NCBI GenBank assembly: GCA_038087875.1
Contig: CM075991.1
Location: 3,038,001-3,102,000 of the forward strand
Direction of reading: 5' to 3'
From: Malacoraja senta
Lineage: Eukaryota
Length of the DNA: 64,000 nt
In this document: positions 26,153 through 39,100 of the stretch, piece after piece
Layout of the letters: every line of letters starts with the position of its first letter
Numbering within the stretch: the first letter of the stretch is position 1
The notes under the pieces: model-generated
What the model saw: the letters and a program-made list of their open reading frames with translations, nothing else
What the model was told of the DNA's origin: nothing
Databases searched by the model: none
Made by a program: the position numbers and the translations under genes

Positions 26153-27136
26153 TCTATCTATCTACATATTAGTAAAACTCTCATCTTGTCTGTGAGTGAG
26201 TTTGCGTGTGTATTTGTGTTTGTGCTTTTCATGGACTGAACTATGCTAAAACGGTACACGATAGAGCTACAATTTTTGGACCACCTTACTCACAATTGTC
26301 TCATGGTTTCGTTCAGGATGTTATATTTTACGTTATTCACATTTTTTACTTTAAAAAAACCACTTTGAGAAATATTTCTTCCATCTGCACTGGCAGTTAC
26401 AGCTATGATGTCACAATGGGATTGTAGCTCTGCCTGCTACAATGTTGCAATCATAGAACACTGAATCCTGCCAGCCCTAGCACGTACAATTGCATTTTTT
26501 TAAAGTTTAAAATGAGGGAGGTGAATAAGGGGAAATAAGCAGTCCCTGCGCACTTGGAGGCTATGGGTGAGTGGTGGAATATTGCGTTGGGGGATTGGGT
26601 TGCGTTGGGGGAATGGGTGAGTGGTGGAATATTGCCTTGGGGACGGGTTGCGTTGGGGGACCAGGCGCCACCACGTAGGGACGATTGATTGCCTCCGGCG
26701 AGCGCCAATGCCACCCCCAATGTGGATTCGATTGATTGCCTCTGGGGTGCGCCGATTGAGGGTGGGGGAAAGGATTGGGAGGGAGAGGGAGAGGTGAGGG
26801 ACGGAGTGGGGGAGGGGAGGAGAGGAGGAAAAATGATAATTAAACATTGTGTTTAGTGGGGGAGTGGGATAGGTGAGGATTGGGGGAGCAGGGAGATAGA
26901 TGGAGAGGATGGGGGTAGGGAGGGGAGAAGGGATATGGAGGGAGGGAGGGTAGGGGAAAGGAGAGGGAGGGAGAGGTGAGGGAGGGAGTGGGGGAGGAGA
27001 GGGGAAAGAAGAGGGAGGGTGAAGAGGAGAGGGAGGGAGTGCTGGGGGATGGGGGAAATGAGCCGTGCCTGCGCAGTTGGGGGCTATGGGGGAGTGGTGG
27101 AATATTGCATTGGGGGAACGGGCCCACTTGGTCTAG
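26153..27136 (+). mobile_element. Non-autonomous Helitron
   Basis: 5' A|TCTATCTATCTACATATTAGTAAAACTCTCATCTTGTC and 3' ...GGCCCACTTGGTCTAG|T. No TSD. Removing it restores the CR1-tail sequence atttggcccatatccctcta. Confidence 0.85.
26760..27060 (+). repeat. GA-rich low-complexity purine tract inside the Helitron
   Basis: Runs of ggga/ggag. Confidence 0.85.
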
Positions 27137-27660
27137 TATCCCTCTACACCTTTCCTATCCATGCATATGTTCAATAGTCCATGAAATGCTGCCTCAACTG
27201 CCTCCTTTGGCAGCTCCTTCCATATACCAACTATCTTCAGTAAAATAATTGTCCCTCAGGTTCCTATTAAATCTTGTGCTTCTCATCTTAAACATCTGTC
27301 CTCTGATTTTTGATTCCCCCTACCCTGGGTAAAAGGCTCTGTGAATTCCCCTTATGATTGTATGGACCTATAAGATCTCCTCCGCTCCAAGGAATAAGGG
27401 CCTAGCCTGCCCAACATTTTCCTGTAGCCCAGGCCCTCAAATCCTGGCAACACCCTCATAAATCTTCTCTGCACTCTTTCCAGCTTAATGGCATCCTCCC
27501 TATTGCAGGGTAACCAAAACTGAACACAGTACTCCAAATGCGGCCTCACAACCTCTTGTACAACTGTAACTGAGCGTCCCAACTTCCATACTCAATACCT
27601 TGACTGATGAAGGGTAATGAACCAAAAGCCTTCTTTGCCACTCTCTGTACCTGTGACGTT
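27137..27660 (-). mobile_element. CR1 LINE 3' fragment
   Basis: ORF 27352-27582 reads VRPHLEYCVQFW...LERVQRRF. Confidence 0.85.
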
Positions 27661-28930
27661 ATGTTCATTTGTTGACCAAATGCACAAGAACACAAGAAAA
27701 TCGGAGCAGGAGTTCGTGGGCACTGGCAGGTACATGGATAGGGAAGGTTTAGAGTGATATGGGCCAAATGCAGGCAGGTGGGACTGGTGTAGATGGGGGT
27801 ATCCTGGTCAGCATGAGCTAGTTGGGCTGAAGGGCCAGTTACCGTACTGCTTGACTGAGTAGATCAGCAGATCCTCCAAGCCTGCCCTACCATTTAATAC
27901 AATGGTGACCGGCTTAAACCCCTGTGTCAGTTCCTCAGAAGCCTCAATTGCTCAATCTTTCAAATATTTACCTATTTCCGCCTCAAATATGTCTAGTGAA
28001 CCGGCCTTCACCACCAGCCTTAGGGTCAGAGAATCCCTGCCGCTCACTACCCTCAGAAAGAAAGAATTTCTTGGCACTTCAGTTTTACACGATGGTCTTA
28101 TAACTTTAATGCCACCACGACCTTCCCCATGAAGAGTTGTTTCTCAATCTGTTTCATCTCGAACCATTGTACTTCCTGTGTCTGGCTTGGGAACGTGATG
28201 TACAGGCTTGTCAAGGAAGTCAACTTCCTGAGATAAACAATTGGGCTAAAGGCAGCCGACTGCGATCAAATATTCAGGGCTATTTTTGGCTCCTTTGGCA
28301 GAAGGTTGCAAAGGGTTAGTTTGCACTTAAAGCATTTTTTCACCTCATAAAAAATAAATCAATGCCTGTAAAATATATTAAAAGTGTTTGTAAATATATG
28401 TTATCTCCATGTCGACAATGAGTAAACTATGTCAGTTTACTATAACAGTGTGTAAAACTATGAAACACATTTAAAAGATAACTGGACAGGTACATGGATA
28501 GGAAAGGTTCAGAGGGATATGGGCCAAATGCAAGCAGCTGGGACTAGTGTAGATGGGACAACTTGGTCGGCATGGACAATCACATCAGTGCTGTATGATT
28601 CTATGACCTCTATGAGGGTAACAGTGGGGAGTGAAGATGGGGGCTGGAGGTTGTCTATATTTTCCATTGTATTGAACTTTCCCCAAATGTAAGAGTGTAG
28701 TGTGCTATTTACACTCTGAGATATAAAGTGCATTGACTGTGCCACAATCTAGTGTTAATAGTGCTGAAGATCTCCCCATTGACTGACTGGAAACTTGCTT
28801 ATGACAGCATGGCTTCATGTGAAACTATTCATATCATAGCCTAACAGTGTGGGGTGCTGGAAATGGAGACCACCACTTTCTGGTTTATGAAGGAGGTGGC
28901 TAAAGTATTTTTGTATATTTTACCTATTTC

Positions 28931-29130
28931 NNNNNNNNNNNNNNNNNNNNNNNNNNNNNNNNNNNNNNNNNNNNNNNNNNNNNNNNNNNNNNNNNNNNNN
29001 NNNNNNNNNNNNNNNNNNNNNNNNNNNNNNNNNNNNNNNNNNNNNNNNNNNNNNNNNNNNNNNNNNNNNNNNNNNNNNNNNNNNNNNNNNNNNNNNNNNN
29101 NNNNNNNNNNNNNNNNNNNNNNNNNNNNNN
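28931..29130. other. Assembly gap (200 N)
   Basis: Run of 200 n; the true size is unknown. Confidence 1.
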
Positions 29131-29269
29131 AGGGAATGTTTGTATAAGTTAACTAAATTATAGAATTCAATAATATATTATATAATGGAATTATATATAA
29201 TGGAAATATAGAGTTCTAAATTATAGAATTCAAGCCCCCCTCCTCTCTGAACACCCACCACCCCCCCAC

Positions 29270-31650
29270 CAGACATCGCCTCAGCCTCCATGTACTCACC
29301 TGCCCTCCTCCGACCCCAACCCCCACCCTTGTTGTGTCTTCACCATCACCTCTGACATTCCCCTTTCTGATACGGAACGGTCTGTCCTCAGCAGAGGCCG
29401 CACCTTTGTTCCCCTCCGTCCCCACTACAACGAGTTCCGGGTCCGCCATGATGTGGAGCTTCTCTTCCGGCGCCTCCGCCTCCATGCTTTTTTCTATGGA
29501 AAGGAGTCCTCACCACCCAGTGATGACCCCTTCCCCCGTCTCCACTGGTCCCCCTTCTCTTGGACTCCCCGGATGGCCCTCTATCGTCTTTAGACTTTTT
29601 TATTTTCAACTGTCGGTGGGACACCAACCATCTCAACTTTTCCACTCCCCTTACCTACTCTAACCTCCCCCCTCCCCCCCCCCCCGAACATACAGCCCTC
29701 GTTCACTCTACAGCGACACTGACATGATTATCAACCCACCGACATGGGAGGTGCTGTGGTAATCTGGCGCAATGACCTCTACTGGGCTGAGGCCAGGCGA
29801 CTACTCTCAGACACCTCCTCCTACTTATGAACAACAAGTGATCCTCCGTCAGTTTCGCCACCTCCAACGTGACCCCACCACTCGCCACATCTTCCCATCT
29901 CCCCCCATGTCTGCCTTCCGCAAAGACCGCTCCCTCCGTAACTCCCTTGTCAATTCTTCCCTTCCCTCCCATACCACCCCCTCCCCTGGTACTTTCCCTT
30001 GCAACTGCAAGAGATGCAACACTTGTCCCTTCACTTCCCCCCTCGACTCCATTCAAGGACCCAAGCAGTCGTTCCAGGTGCGACAGAGGTTCACCTGCAT
30101 CTCCTCCAACCTCATCTATTGCATCCGCTGCTCTAGATGCCAACTGATCTACATCGGTGAGACCAAGCGGAGGCTTGGTGATCGTTTCGCCGAACACCTC
30201 CGGTCGGTCCGCAATAACCAACTTGACCTCCCGGTGGCTCAGCACTTCAACTCCACCTCCCATTCCGTATCTGACCTCTCTATCCTGGGTCTCCTCCATG
30301 GCCACAGCGAGCAACACCGTAAATTGGAGGAAATGCACCTCATATTCCGCTTGGGTAGTCTACATCCTGGGGGCTTGAACATTGAATTCTCCCAATTCTG
30401 CTAGCCCTTGCTGTCCCCTCCCCTTCATCAGCCCTCTGGTTGTCTCCTCCCCTCCCCCAGCCCTCGGGCTCCTCCTCCGCCTTTTTCCTTTTTTCCTTTC
30501 TTCTCCCCACCCCCTATCAGTCTGAAGAAGGGTTTCGGCCCGAAACGTTGCCTATTTCCTTCGCTCCATAGATGCTGCTGCACCCGCTGAGTTTCTCCAG
30601 CATTTTTGTGTACCTCCTCCTACTTATCCTTGGAACATGATCCCACAGACGAGCACCAGGCTTTAATTTCACACACCATTTCTGATTTCACTACTTCCGG
30701 CTGTCTGAACTCCAAAGCTTCCCTATCGTTCCCCAGCCCAGCACGGCCCGATTTTATCTTCTCCCCAAAATCCACAAACAGAACTGTCCTGGCAGACCCA
30801 TTGTTTCTGCTTGTCCATGTCCCACTGAACTGAATTCCACATACCTCGACTCTATCCTATCCCCCCTGGTCCAATCTCTCCCTACCTGTGTCCAAGACAC
30901 CTCACACACCCTTCGTCTCTTCAATGACTTCCGTTTTCTAGGCCCCCACTACCTCATCTTTACTTTGGATGTTCAGTCACTCTACACCTCCATCCCCCAC
31001 CAGGAAGGTCTTAAAGCCCTCCGTTTCTTCCTCGATTGCAGAACCTGCCAAATTCCGTCTACTAACACTCTCCTCCATCTGGCAGAGCTGGTCCTTACAG
31101 TTAACAACTTCTCCTTCGACTATTCCCACTTCCTCCAAATGCAAGGCGTAGCTATGGGCACTCGCATGGGCCCCAGCTATGCCTGCCTCTTTGTAGGGTA
31201 CATCGAACAATCCCTGTTCCAGGCGTACACTGGCACAAACTCTACCTCCGCCTGATTGATGACTGCATCGGTGCTATCTCCTGCACCTATGCAGAACTCA
31301 CTGGCTTCATCAACTTCAAGACTTATTTCCATCCTGCACTCAAATTCACGTGGACCATCTCCGACATCTCCTTAGCTTTTTTAGATCTCACCATCTCCAT
31401 CACAGGAGACAGACTATCAACTGGCATATATTACAAAGCCACTGACTCCGATAACTATCTAGACTACACTTCTTCCCACCTGGCCTCCTGTAAAGACTCT
31501 ATCCCTTACTCCCAATTCGTCTGTCTATGCCGCATCTGCGCCCATGATGAGGTATTCCATACCAGATCATCAGAGATGTCCTCATTCTTTAGGGAACGGG
31601 GGTTCCCCACTTCCATTATAGATGAGGCACTCACTAGGGTCTGCTCAATG
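29270..31650 (+). mobile_element. Older Penelope-like element (RT region), host of a younger Penelope insertion
   Basis: DVQSLYTSIPH and GVAMGTRMGPSYACLF motifs with frameshifts. Followed by an inverted Penelope segment at about 31650-32240. Confidence 0.88.
29829..30614 (+). mobile_element. Young Penelope 3' fragment (GIY-YIG + pLTR) with 13-bp TSD; duplicate at 36861-37646
   Basis: Encodes IYCIRCSRCQLIYIGETKRRLGDRFAEH. TSD tcctcctacttat at 29816-29828 and 30615-30627. Confidence 0.93.
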
Positions 31651-32246
31651 GTCTCGTGGATGTGCAGGCGTCCACCTTGGGAACACCAGATGCAGTGGAT
31701 GTGGTTAGAGGAGGTACATGTGAACCTTTGTCTCATCTAGAAGGATTGTTGGGGTCCCTGGATGGAGGCGAGGAGGAGGTATAAGGGTAGGCGTTGGACC
31801 TCCTGTGGTTGCAGGGGAAAGTGCCTGGGGAGGGTGTGGTTTGGGCTGGAAGGGATGAGCAAACCCAAGGGGTTACAAAAGCTTTGTGCAATGTGGAAAG
31901 GAATGGAGATGGAGTGTTTGATGCAGAGGCTGGTAGGGTGAAAGGTGAGGGCCAGGGGCACTCTGTCCTTGTTGCGTCTGGGGGGGAGGGGAAGAGAGAG
32001 CAGAACAACAGTTCACGCAGGAGATATATGTGAGGGAGCCATCTATGACAGAAGGGGGGAACCCACATTCCCTAATGACCTGGGACTTCTTGGATGTCCT
32101 AGTATGGAAAAGCTCATATTGGAAGCAGATACAGCAGAGACGGAGGAATTGAGAGTAGAGGATAGCATCTTTGCAAGAAGCAGGGTGAGAAGAACTGTAG
32201 TCCAGATAACCATGGAGTCCGTATGTTTGTAAGAGATGTCCGAGAG

Positions 32247-32516
32247 CGGCCATAGTGGCGCAGCGGTAGAGTTGTTGCCTTACAGCGTTTGCAGCACCAG
32301 AGATCCTGGTTCGATCCCGACTATGGGTGCTGTCTGTACAGAGTTTGTACCTTCTCGTCTGGGTTTTATTCCCACACTTCAAAGACGTACAGGTGCGTAG
32401 GTTAATTGGTTGGTGTATGTGTAAATTGTCCCTAGTGTGTGTAGGATAGTGCTAATGTGCAGGGATCGTTGCTCAGCGTCGCCTGTTTCCACACTGTATC
32501 TCTAAACTAAACTAAA
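32247..32516 (+). mobile_element. tRNA-derived SINE (duplicate at 39279-39548)
   Basis: gtggcgcagcggtagag A box, ggttcgatcc B box, (taaac)n tail. Confidence 0.85.
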
Positions 32517-32749
32517 TGTCAGTCGGTAGTCTTTCTCCTGTGATGTAAACAGAGAGATCAAAAAAGGGGAGAGAGATTTTCAATTTTTCATTTTCATGTG
32601 CTCTCCTGACTTGCTCTTTCTGAAGTCAATAATTTGTTGTGGAATGGTGAGATAAAAAAAATAGAGGAAGGAACTCTGACCTGAAACATTAACTCTTTTT
32701 ATTTCCACAGATGTTGCCTGACTGGTTGAGTCCAGTATTTTCTATTTTT

Positions 32750-33515
32750 AGACAATAGACAATAGACAATAGGTGCATGAGTAGGCCATTTGGCCCTTCG
32801 AGCCAGCACCGCCATTCAATGTGATCATGGCTGATCATCCCCAATCAGTACCCCGTTCCTGCCTTCTCCCCATATCCCCTGACTCCGCTATCTTTAAGAG
32901 CCCTATCTAGCTCCCTCTTGAAAGCATCCAGAGAACCGGCCTCCACCGCCCTCTGAGGCAGAGAATTCCACAGACTCACCACTCTCTGTGAGAAAAAGTG
33001 TTTCCTCTTCTCTGTTCTAAATGGCTTACTCCTTATTCTTAAACTGTGGCCCCTGGTTCTGGACTCCCCCAACATCGGGAACATGTTTCCTGCCTCTGGT
33101 GTGTCCAAGCCCTTAACAATCTTATATGTTTCAATGAGATCTCCTCTCATCCTTCTAAACTCCAGAGTGTACAAGCCCAGCTGCTCAATTCTCTCAGCAT
33201 ATGACAGTCCCGCCATCCCGGGAATTAACCTTGTAAACCTACGCTGCACTCCCTCAATAGCAAGAATGTCCTTCCTCAAATTAGTGGACTAAAACTGCAC
33301 ATAATACTCCAGCAGTGGTCTCACTAGGGCTCTGTACAACTGCAGAAGGACCTCTTTGCTCCTATTCTCCTTTTCCCAACTTGAGGCCAATTAGATAGTT
33401 ATCTGCCTTCCTGTTTTTGCTACCAAAGTGGATAACCTCACATTTATCCGCATTAAACTTCATCTGCCATGCATCTGCCCATTCCCCCAACCTGTCCAAG
33501 TCACCCTGCATTCTC
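32750..33515 (-). mobile_element. CR1 LINE 3' fragment (duplicate at 39782-40538)
   Basis: ORF 32845-33279; (gacaata)n tail on the + strand. Confidence 0.9.
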
Positions 33516-33539
33516 ATAGTATTGAACACAACAATGTGT

Positions 33540-34088
33540 TTTTCATTCACCCATTACTTCATAGTGATGTGTTTATTCCTGTACCTGTGTGCATGGCACT
33601 ACAATTGAAAGTGTGATGTCACAATGCACAATGCTCACAGATGTCCAATCGGAATGGATCCATTTACATATGCCTTTGCAGCAGCCCCAGCCCCAGCCCC
33701 TCCCCCCCAACCCCCGCAGCCTGTGTCGAAGGATGTCGCCACGTGTGTGGGGGTGATAGGGAATGGGGAAATTGTGAGCATTGGGCATTGTGACATCACA
33801 AAACGGAACCTTCATTAACATTCTATTGCTGAGAGCTGTTTTTTTTTAACATTTTGAAATTTCCCCATTCCCTATCCCCCCCCACACACGTGGCGACGCC
33901 CTTCGACACGTGTGACAAATCGGAATGAATCTGTTTACATATGCCTTTGCAGCAGCCACAGCCCCAGCCACTCCCCCCCACCCCCGCAGCCTGTGTCGAA
34001 GGGCATCGTCACGTGTGTGGGAATAGAGAAAGAGGATTGGGGGTGATAGGGAATGGGTAACAGATGGACTGTCCCTACCCCTCCTACT
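33540..34088 (+). repeat. Duplicated fold-back block (second copy at 35345-35893)
   Basis: Appears identical at offset 1805; contains nested inverted and direct repeats. Confidence 0.9.
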
Positions 34089-35344
34089 TCAACCCCCACC
34101 CTTGTTGTGTCTTCACCATCACCTCTGACATTCCCCTTTCTGATACGGAACGGTCTGTCCTCAGCAGAGGCCGCACCTTTGTTCCCCTCCGTCCCCACTA
34201 CAACGAGTTCCGGGTCCGCCATGATGTGGAGCTTCTCTTCCGTCATCTCCGCCTCCATGCTTTTTTCTATGGGAAGGAGTCCTCACCACCCAGTGATGAC
34301 CCCTTCCCCCGTCTCCACTGGTCCCCCTTCTCTTGGACTCCCCGGATGGCCCTCTATCCTCTTTAGACTTTTTTATTTTCAACTGTCGGTGGGACACCAA
34401 CCGTCTCAACTTTTCCACTCCCCTTACCTACTCTAACCTCCCCCCTCCCCCCCCCCCCCGAACGTACAGCCCTCGTTCACTCTACAGCGATACCGACATG
34501 ATTATCAAACCCACCGACATGGGAGGTGCTGTGGTAATCTGGCACGATGACCTCTACTGGGCTGAGGCCAGGCGACAACTCTCAGACACCTCCTCCTACT
34601 TATCCTTGGAACATGATCCCACAGACGAGCACCAGGCTTTAATTTCACACACCATTTCTGATTTCACTACTTCCGGCTGTCTGAACTCCAAAGCTTCCCT
34701 ATCGTTCCCCAGCCCAGCACGGCCCGATTTTATCTTCTCCCCAAAATCCACAGACAGAACTGTCCTGGCAGATCCATTGTTTCTGCTTGTTCATGTCCCA
34801 CTGAACTGAATTCCACATACCTCGACTCTATCCTATCCCCCCTGGTCCAATCTCTCCCTACCTGTGTCCAAGAAACCTCACACACCCTTCGTCTCTTCAA
34901 TGACTTCCATTTTCTAGGCCCCCACTACCTCATCTTTACTTTGGATGTTCAGTCACTCTACACCTCCATCCCCCACCAGGAAGGTCTTAACGCCCTCCGT
35001 TTCTTCCTCGATTGCAGAACCAACCAAATTCCATCTACTAACACTCTCCTCCATCTGGCAGAGCTGGTCCTTACGGTTAACAAATTCTCCTTCGACTATT
35101 CCCACTTCCTCCAAATGCAAGGCGTAGCTATGGGCACTCGCATGGGCCCCAGCTATGCCTGCCTCTTTGTAGGGTACATCGAACAATCCCTGTTCCAGGC
35201 GTACACTGGCACAAACTCTACCTCCGCCTGATTGATGACTGCATCGGTGCTATCTCCTGCACCTATGCAGAACTCACTGGCTTCATCAACTTCAAGACTT
35301 ATTTCCATCCTGCACTCAAATTCACGTGGACCATCTCCGACATC
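34089..35344 (+). mobile_element. Third copy of the older Penelope fragment, lacking the young insertion
   Basis: Matches about 29317-31369 but with a single tcctcctacttat (empty site) at about 34591-34603. Confidence 0.9.
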
Positions 35345-36162
35345 TTTTCATTCACCCATTACTTCATAGTGATGTGTTTATTCCTGTACCTGTGTGCATG
35401 GCACTACAATTGAAAGTGTGATGTCACAATGCACAATGCTCACAGATGTCCAATCGGAATGGATCCATTTACATATGCCTTTGCAGCAGCCCCAGCCCCA
35501 GCCCCTCCCCCCCAACCCCCGCAGCCTGTGTCGAAGGATGTCGCCACGTGTGTGGGGGTGATAGGGAATGGGGAAATTGTGAGCATTGGGCATTGTGACA
35601 TCACAAAACGGAACCTTCATTAACATTCTATTGCTGAGAGCTGTTTTTTTTTAACATTTTGAAATTTCCCCATTCCCTATCCCCCCCCACACACGTGGCG
35701 ACGCCCTTCGACACGTGTGACAAATCGGAATGAATCTGTTTACATATGCCTTTGCAGCAGCCACAGCCCCAGCCACTCCCCCCCACCCCCGCAGCCTGTG
35801 TCGAAGGGCATCGTCACGTGTGTGGGAATAGAGAAAGAGGATTGGGGGTGATAGGGAATGGGTAACAGATGGACTGTCCCTACCCCTCCTACTACCATTC
35901 GGCCCTTCGAGCCAGCACCACCATTCAATATGATCATGGCTGATCAGTTCCCCATTCCTGCTTTCCCCCCATATCCATTGATTCCTTCAGCCCTATCTAA
36001 CTCTCTCTTGAAAACATCCAGTGAATTGGCCTCCACTGCCTTCTGTGGCAGAGAATTCCACAGAGTCACAACTCTCTGGCTGAAAAAGTTTGTTGTCATC
36101 TCAGTCCTAAATGGCCTACAGCTTATTCCTAAACTGTGACCTTTTGGAGGGAGGGAGGGGGA

Positions 36163-39100
36163 AGGGAATGTTTGTATAAGTTAACTAAATTATAGAATTC
36201 AATAATATATTATATAATGGAATTATATATAATGGAAATATAGAGTTCTAAATTATAGAATTCAAGCCCCCCTCCTCTCTGAACACCCACCACCCCCCCA
36301 CCAGACATCGCCTCAGCCTCCATGTACTCACCTGCCCTCCTCCGACCCCAACCCCCACCCTTGTTGTGTCTTCACCATCACCTCTGACATTCCCCTTTCT
36401 GATACGGAACGGTCTGTCCTCAGCAGAGGCCGCACCTTTGTTCCCCTCCGTCCCCACTACAACGAGTTCCGGGTCCGCCATGATGTGGAGCTTCTCTTCC
36501 GGCGCCTCCGCCTCCATGCTTTTTTCTATGGAAAGGAGTCCTCACCACCCAGTGATGACCCCTTCCCCCGTCTCCACTGGTCCCCCTTCTCTTGGACTCC
36601 CCGGATGGCCCTCTATCGTCTTTAGACTTTTTTATTTTCAACTGTCGGTGGGACACCAACCATCTCAACTTTTCCACTCCCCTTACCTACTCTAACCTCC
36701 CCCCTCCCCCCCCCCCCGAACATACAGCCCTCGTTCACTCTACAGCGACACTGACATGATTATCAACCCACCGACATGGGAGGTGCTGTGGTAATCTGGC
36801 GCAATGACCTCTACTGGGCTGAGGCCAGGCGACTACTCTCAGACACCTCCTCCTACTTATGAACAACAAGTGATCCTCCGTCAGTTTCGCCACCTCCAAC
36901 GTGACCCCACCACTCGCCACATCTTCCCATCTCCCCCCATGTCTGCCTTCCGCAAAGACCGCTCCCTCCGTAACTCCCTTGTCAATTCTTCCCTTCCCTC
37001 CCATACCACCCCCTCCCCTGGTACTTTCCCTTGCAACTGCAAGAGATGCAACACTTGTCCCTTCACTTCCCCCCTCGACTCCATTCAAGGACCCAAGCAG
37101 TCGTTCCAGGTGCGACAGAGGTTCACCTGCATCTCCTCCAACCTCATCTATTGCATCCGCTGCTCTAGATGCCAACTGATCTACATCGGTGAGACCAAGC
37201 GGAGGCTTGGTGATCGTTTCGCCGAACACCTCCGGTCGGTCCGCAATAACCAACTTGACCTCCCGGTGGCTCAGCACTTCAACTCCACCTCCCATTCCGT
37301 ATCTGACCTCTCTATCCTGGGTCTCCTCCATGGCCACAGCGAGCAACACCGTAAATTGGAGGAAATGCACCTCATATTCCGCTTGGGTAGTCTACATCCT
37401 GGGGGCTTGAACATTGAATTCTCCCAATTCTGCTAGCCCTTGCTGTCCCCTCCCCTTCATCAGCCCTCTGGTTGTCTCCTCCCCTCCCCCAGCCCTCGGG
37501 CTCCTCCTCCGCCTTTTTCCTTTTTTCCTTTCTTCTCCCCACCCCCTATCAGTCTGAAGAAGGGTTTCGGCCCGAAACGTTGCCTATTTCCTTCGCTCCA
37601 TAGATGCTGCTGCACCCGCTGAGTTTCTCCAGCATTTTTGTGTACCTCCTCCTACTTATCCTTGGAACATGATCCCACAGACGAGCACCAGGCTTTAATT
37701 TCACACACCATTTCTGATTTCACTACTTCCGGCTGTCTGAACTCCAAAGCTTCCCTATCGTTCCCCAGCCCAGCACGGCCCGATTTTATCTTCTCCCCAA
37801 AATCCACAAACAGAACTGTCCTGGCAGACCCATTGTTTCTGCTTGTCCATGTCCCACTGAACTGAATTCCACATACCTCGACTCTATCCTATCCCCCCTG
37901 GTCCAATCTCTCCCTACCTGTGTCCAAGACACCTCACACACCCTTCGTCTCTTCAATGACTTCCGTTTTCTAGGCCCCCACTACCTCATCTTTACTTTGG
38001 ATGTTCAGTCACTCTACACCTCCATCCCCCACCAGGAAGGTCTTAAAGCCCTCCGTTTCTTCCTCGATTGCAGAACCTGCCAAATTCCGTCTACTAACAC
38101 TCTCCTCCATCTGGCAGAGCTGGTCCTTACAGTTAACAACTTCTCCTTCGACTATTCCCACTTCCTCCAAATGCAAGGCGTAGCTATGGGCACTCGCATG
38201 GGCCCCAGCTATGCCTGCCTCTTTGTAGGGTACATCGAACAATCCCTGTTCCAGGCGTACACTGGCACAAACTCTACCTCCGCCTGATTGATGACTGCAT
38301 CGGTGCTATCTCCTGCACCTATGCAGAACTCACTGGCTTCATCAACTTCAAGACTTATTTCCATCCTGCACTCAAATTCACGTGGACCATCTCCGACATC
38401 TCCTTAGCTTTTTTAGATCTCACCATCTCCATCACAGGAGACAGACTATCAACTGGCATATATTACAAAGCCACTGACTCCGATAACTATCTAGACTACA
38501 CTTCTTCCCACCTGGCCTCCTGTAAAGACTCTATCCCTTACTCCCAATTCGTCTGTCTATGCCGCATCTGCGCCCATGATGAGGTATTCCATACCAGATC
38601 ATCAGAGATGTCCTCATTCTTTAGGGAACGGGGGTTCCCCACTTCCATTATAGATGAGGCACTCACTAGGGTCTGCTCAATGGTCTCGTGGATGTGCAGG
38701 CGTCCACCTTGGGAACACCAGATGCAGTGGATGTGGTTAGAGGAGGTACATGTGAACCTTTGTCTCATCTAGAAGGATTGTTGGGGTCCCTGGATGGAGG
38801 CGAGGAGGAGGTATAAGGGTAGGCGTTGGACCTCCTGTGGTTGCAGGGGAAAGTGCCTGGGGAGGGTGTGGTTTGGGCTGGAAGGGATGAGCAAACCCAA
38901 GGGGTTACAAAAGCTTTGTGGAAGGTGGAAAGGAATGGAGATGTAGTGTTTGATGCAGAGGCTGGTAGGGTGAAAGGTGAGGACCAGGGGCACTCTGTCC
39001 TTGTTGCCTCTGGGGGGGAGGGGAAGAGAGAGCAGAACAACAGTTCACGCAGGAGATATATGTGAGGGAGCCATCTATGACAGAAGGGGGGAACCCACAT

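Larger units (their letters stand above)
29131..33615 (+). repeat. Duplicated block, copy A (partner 36163-40638)
   Basis: Same sequence and ORF set at offset 7032 (7023 after a 9-bp indel near 40240). Confidence 0.97.

Noticed and set aside
29703..30338. Recurrent antisense ORF (MHFLQFTVLLAVAMEE...), also at 13053, 36735 and 49665
   Set aside because: It is the shadow frame of the Penelope coding strand and recurs only because the copies are near-identical.
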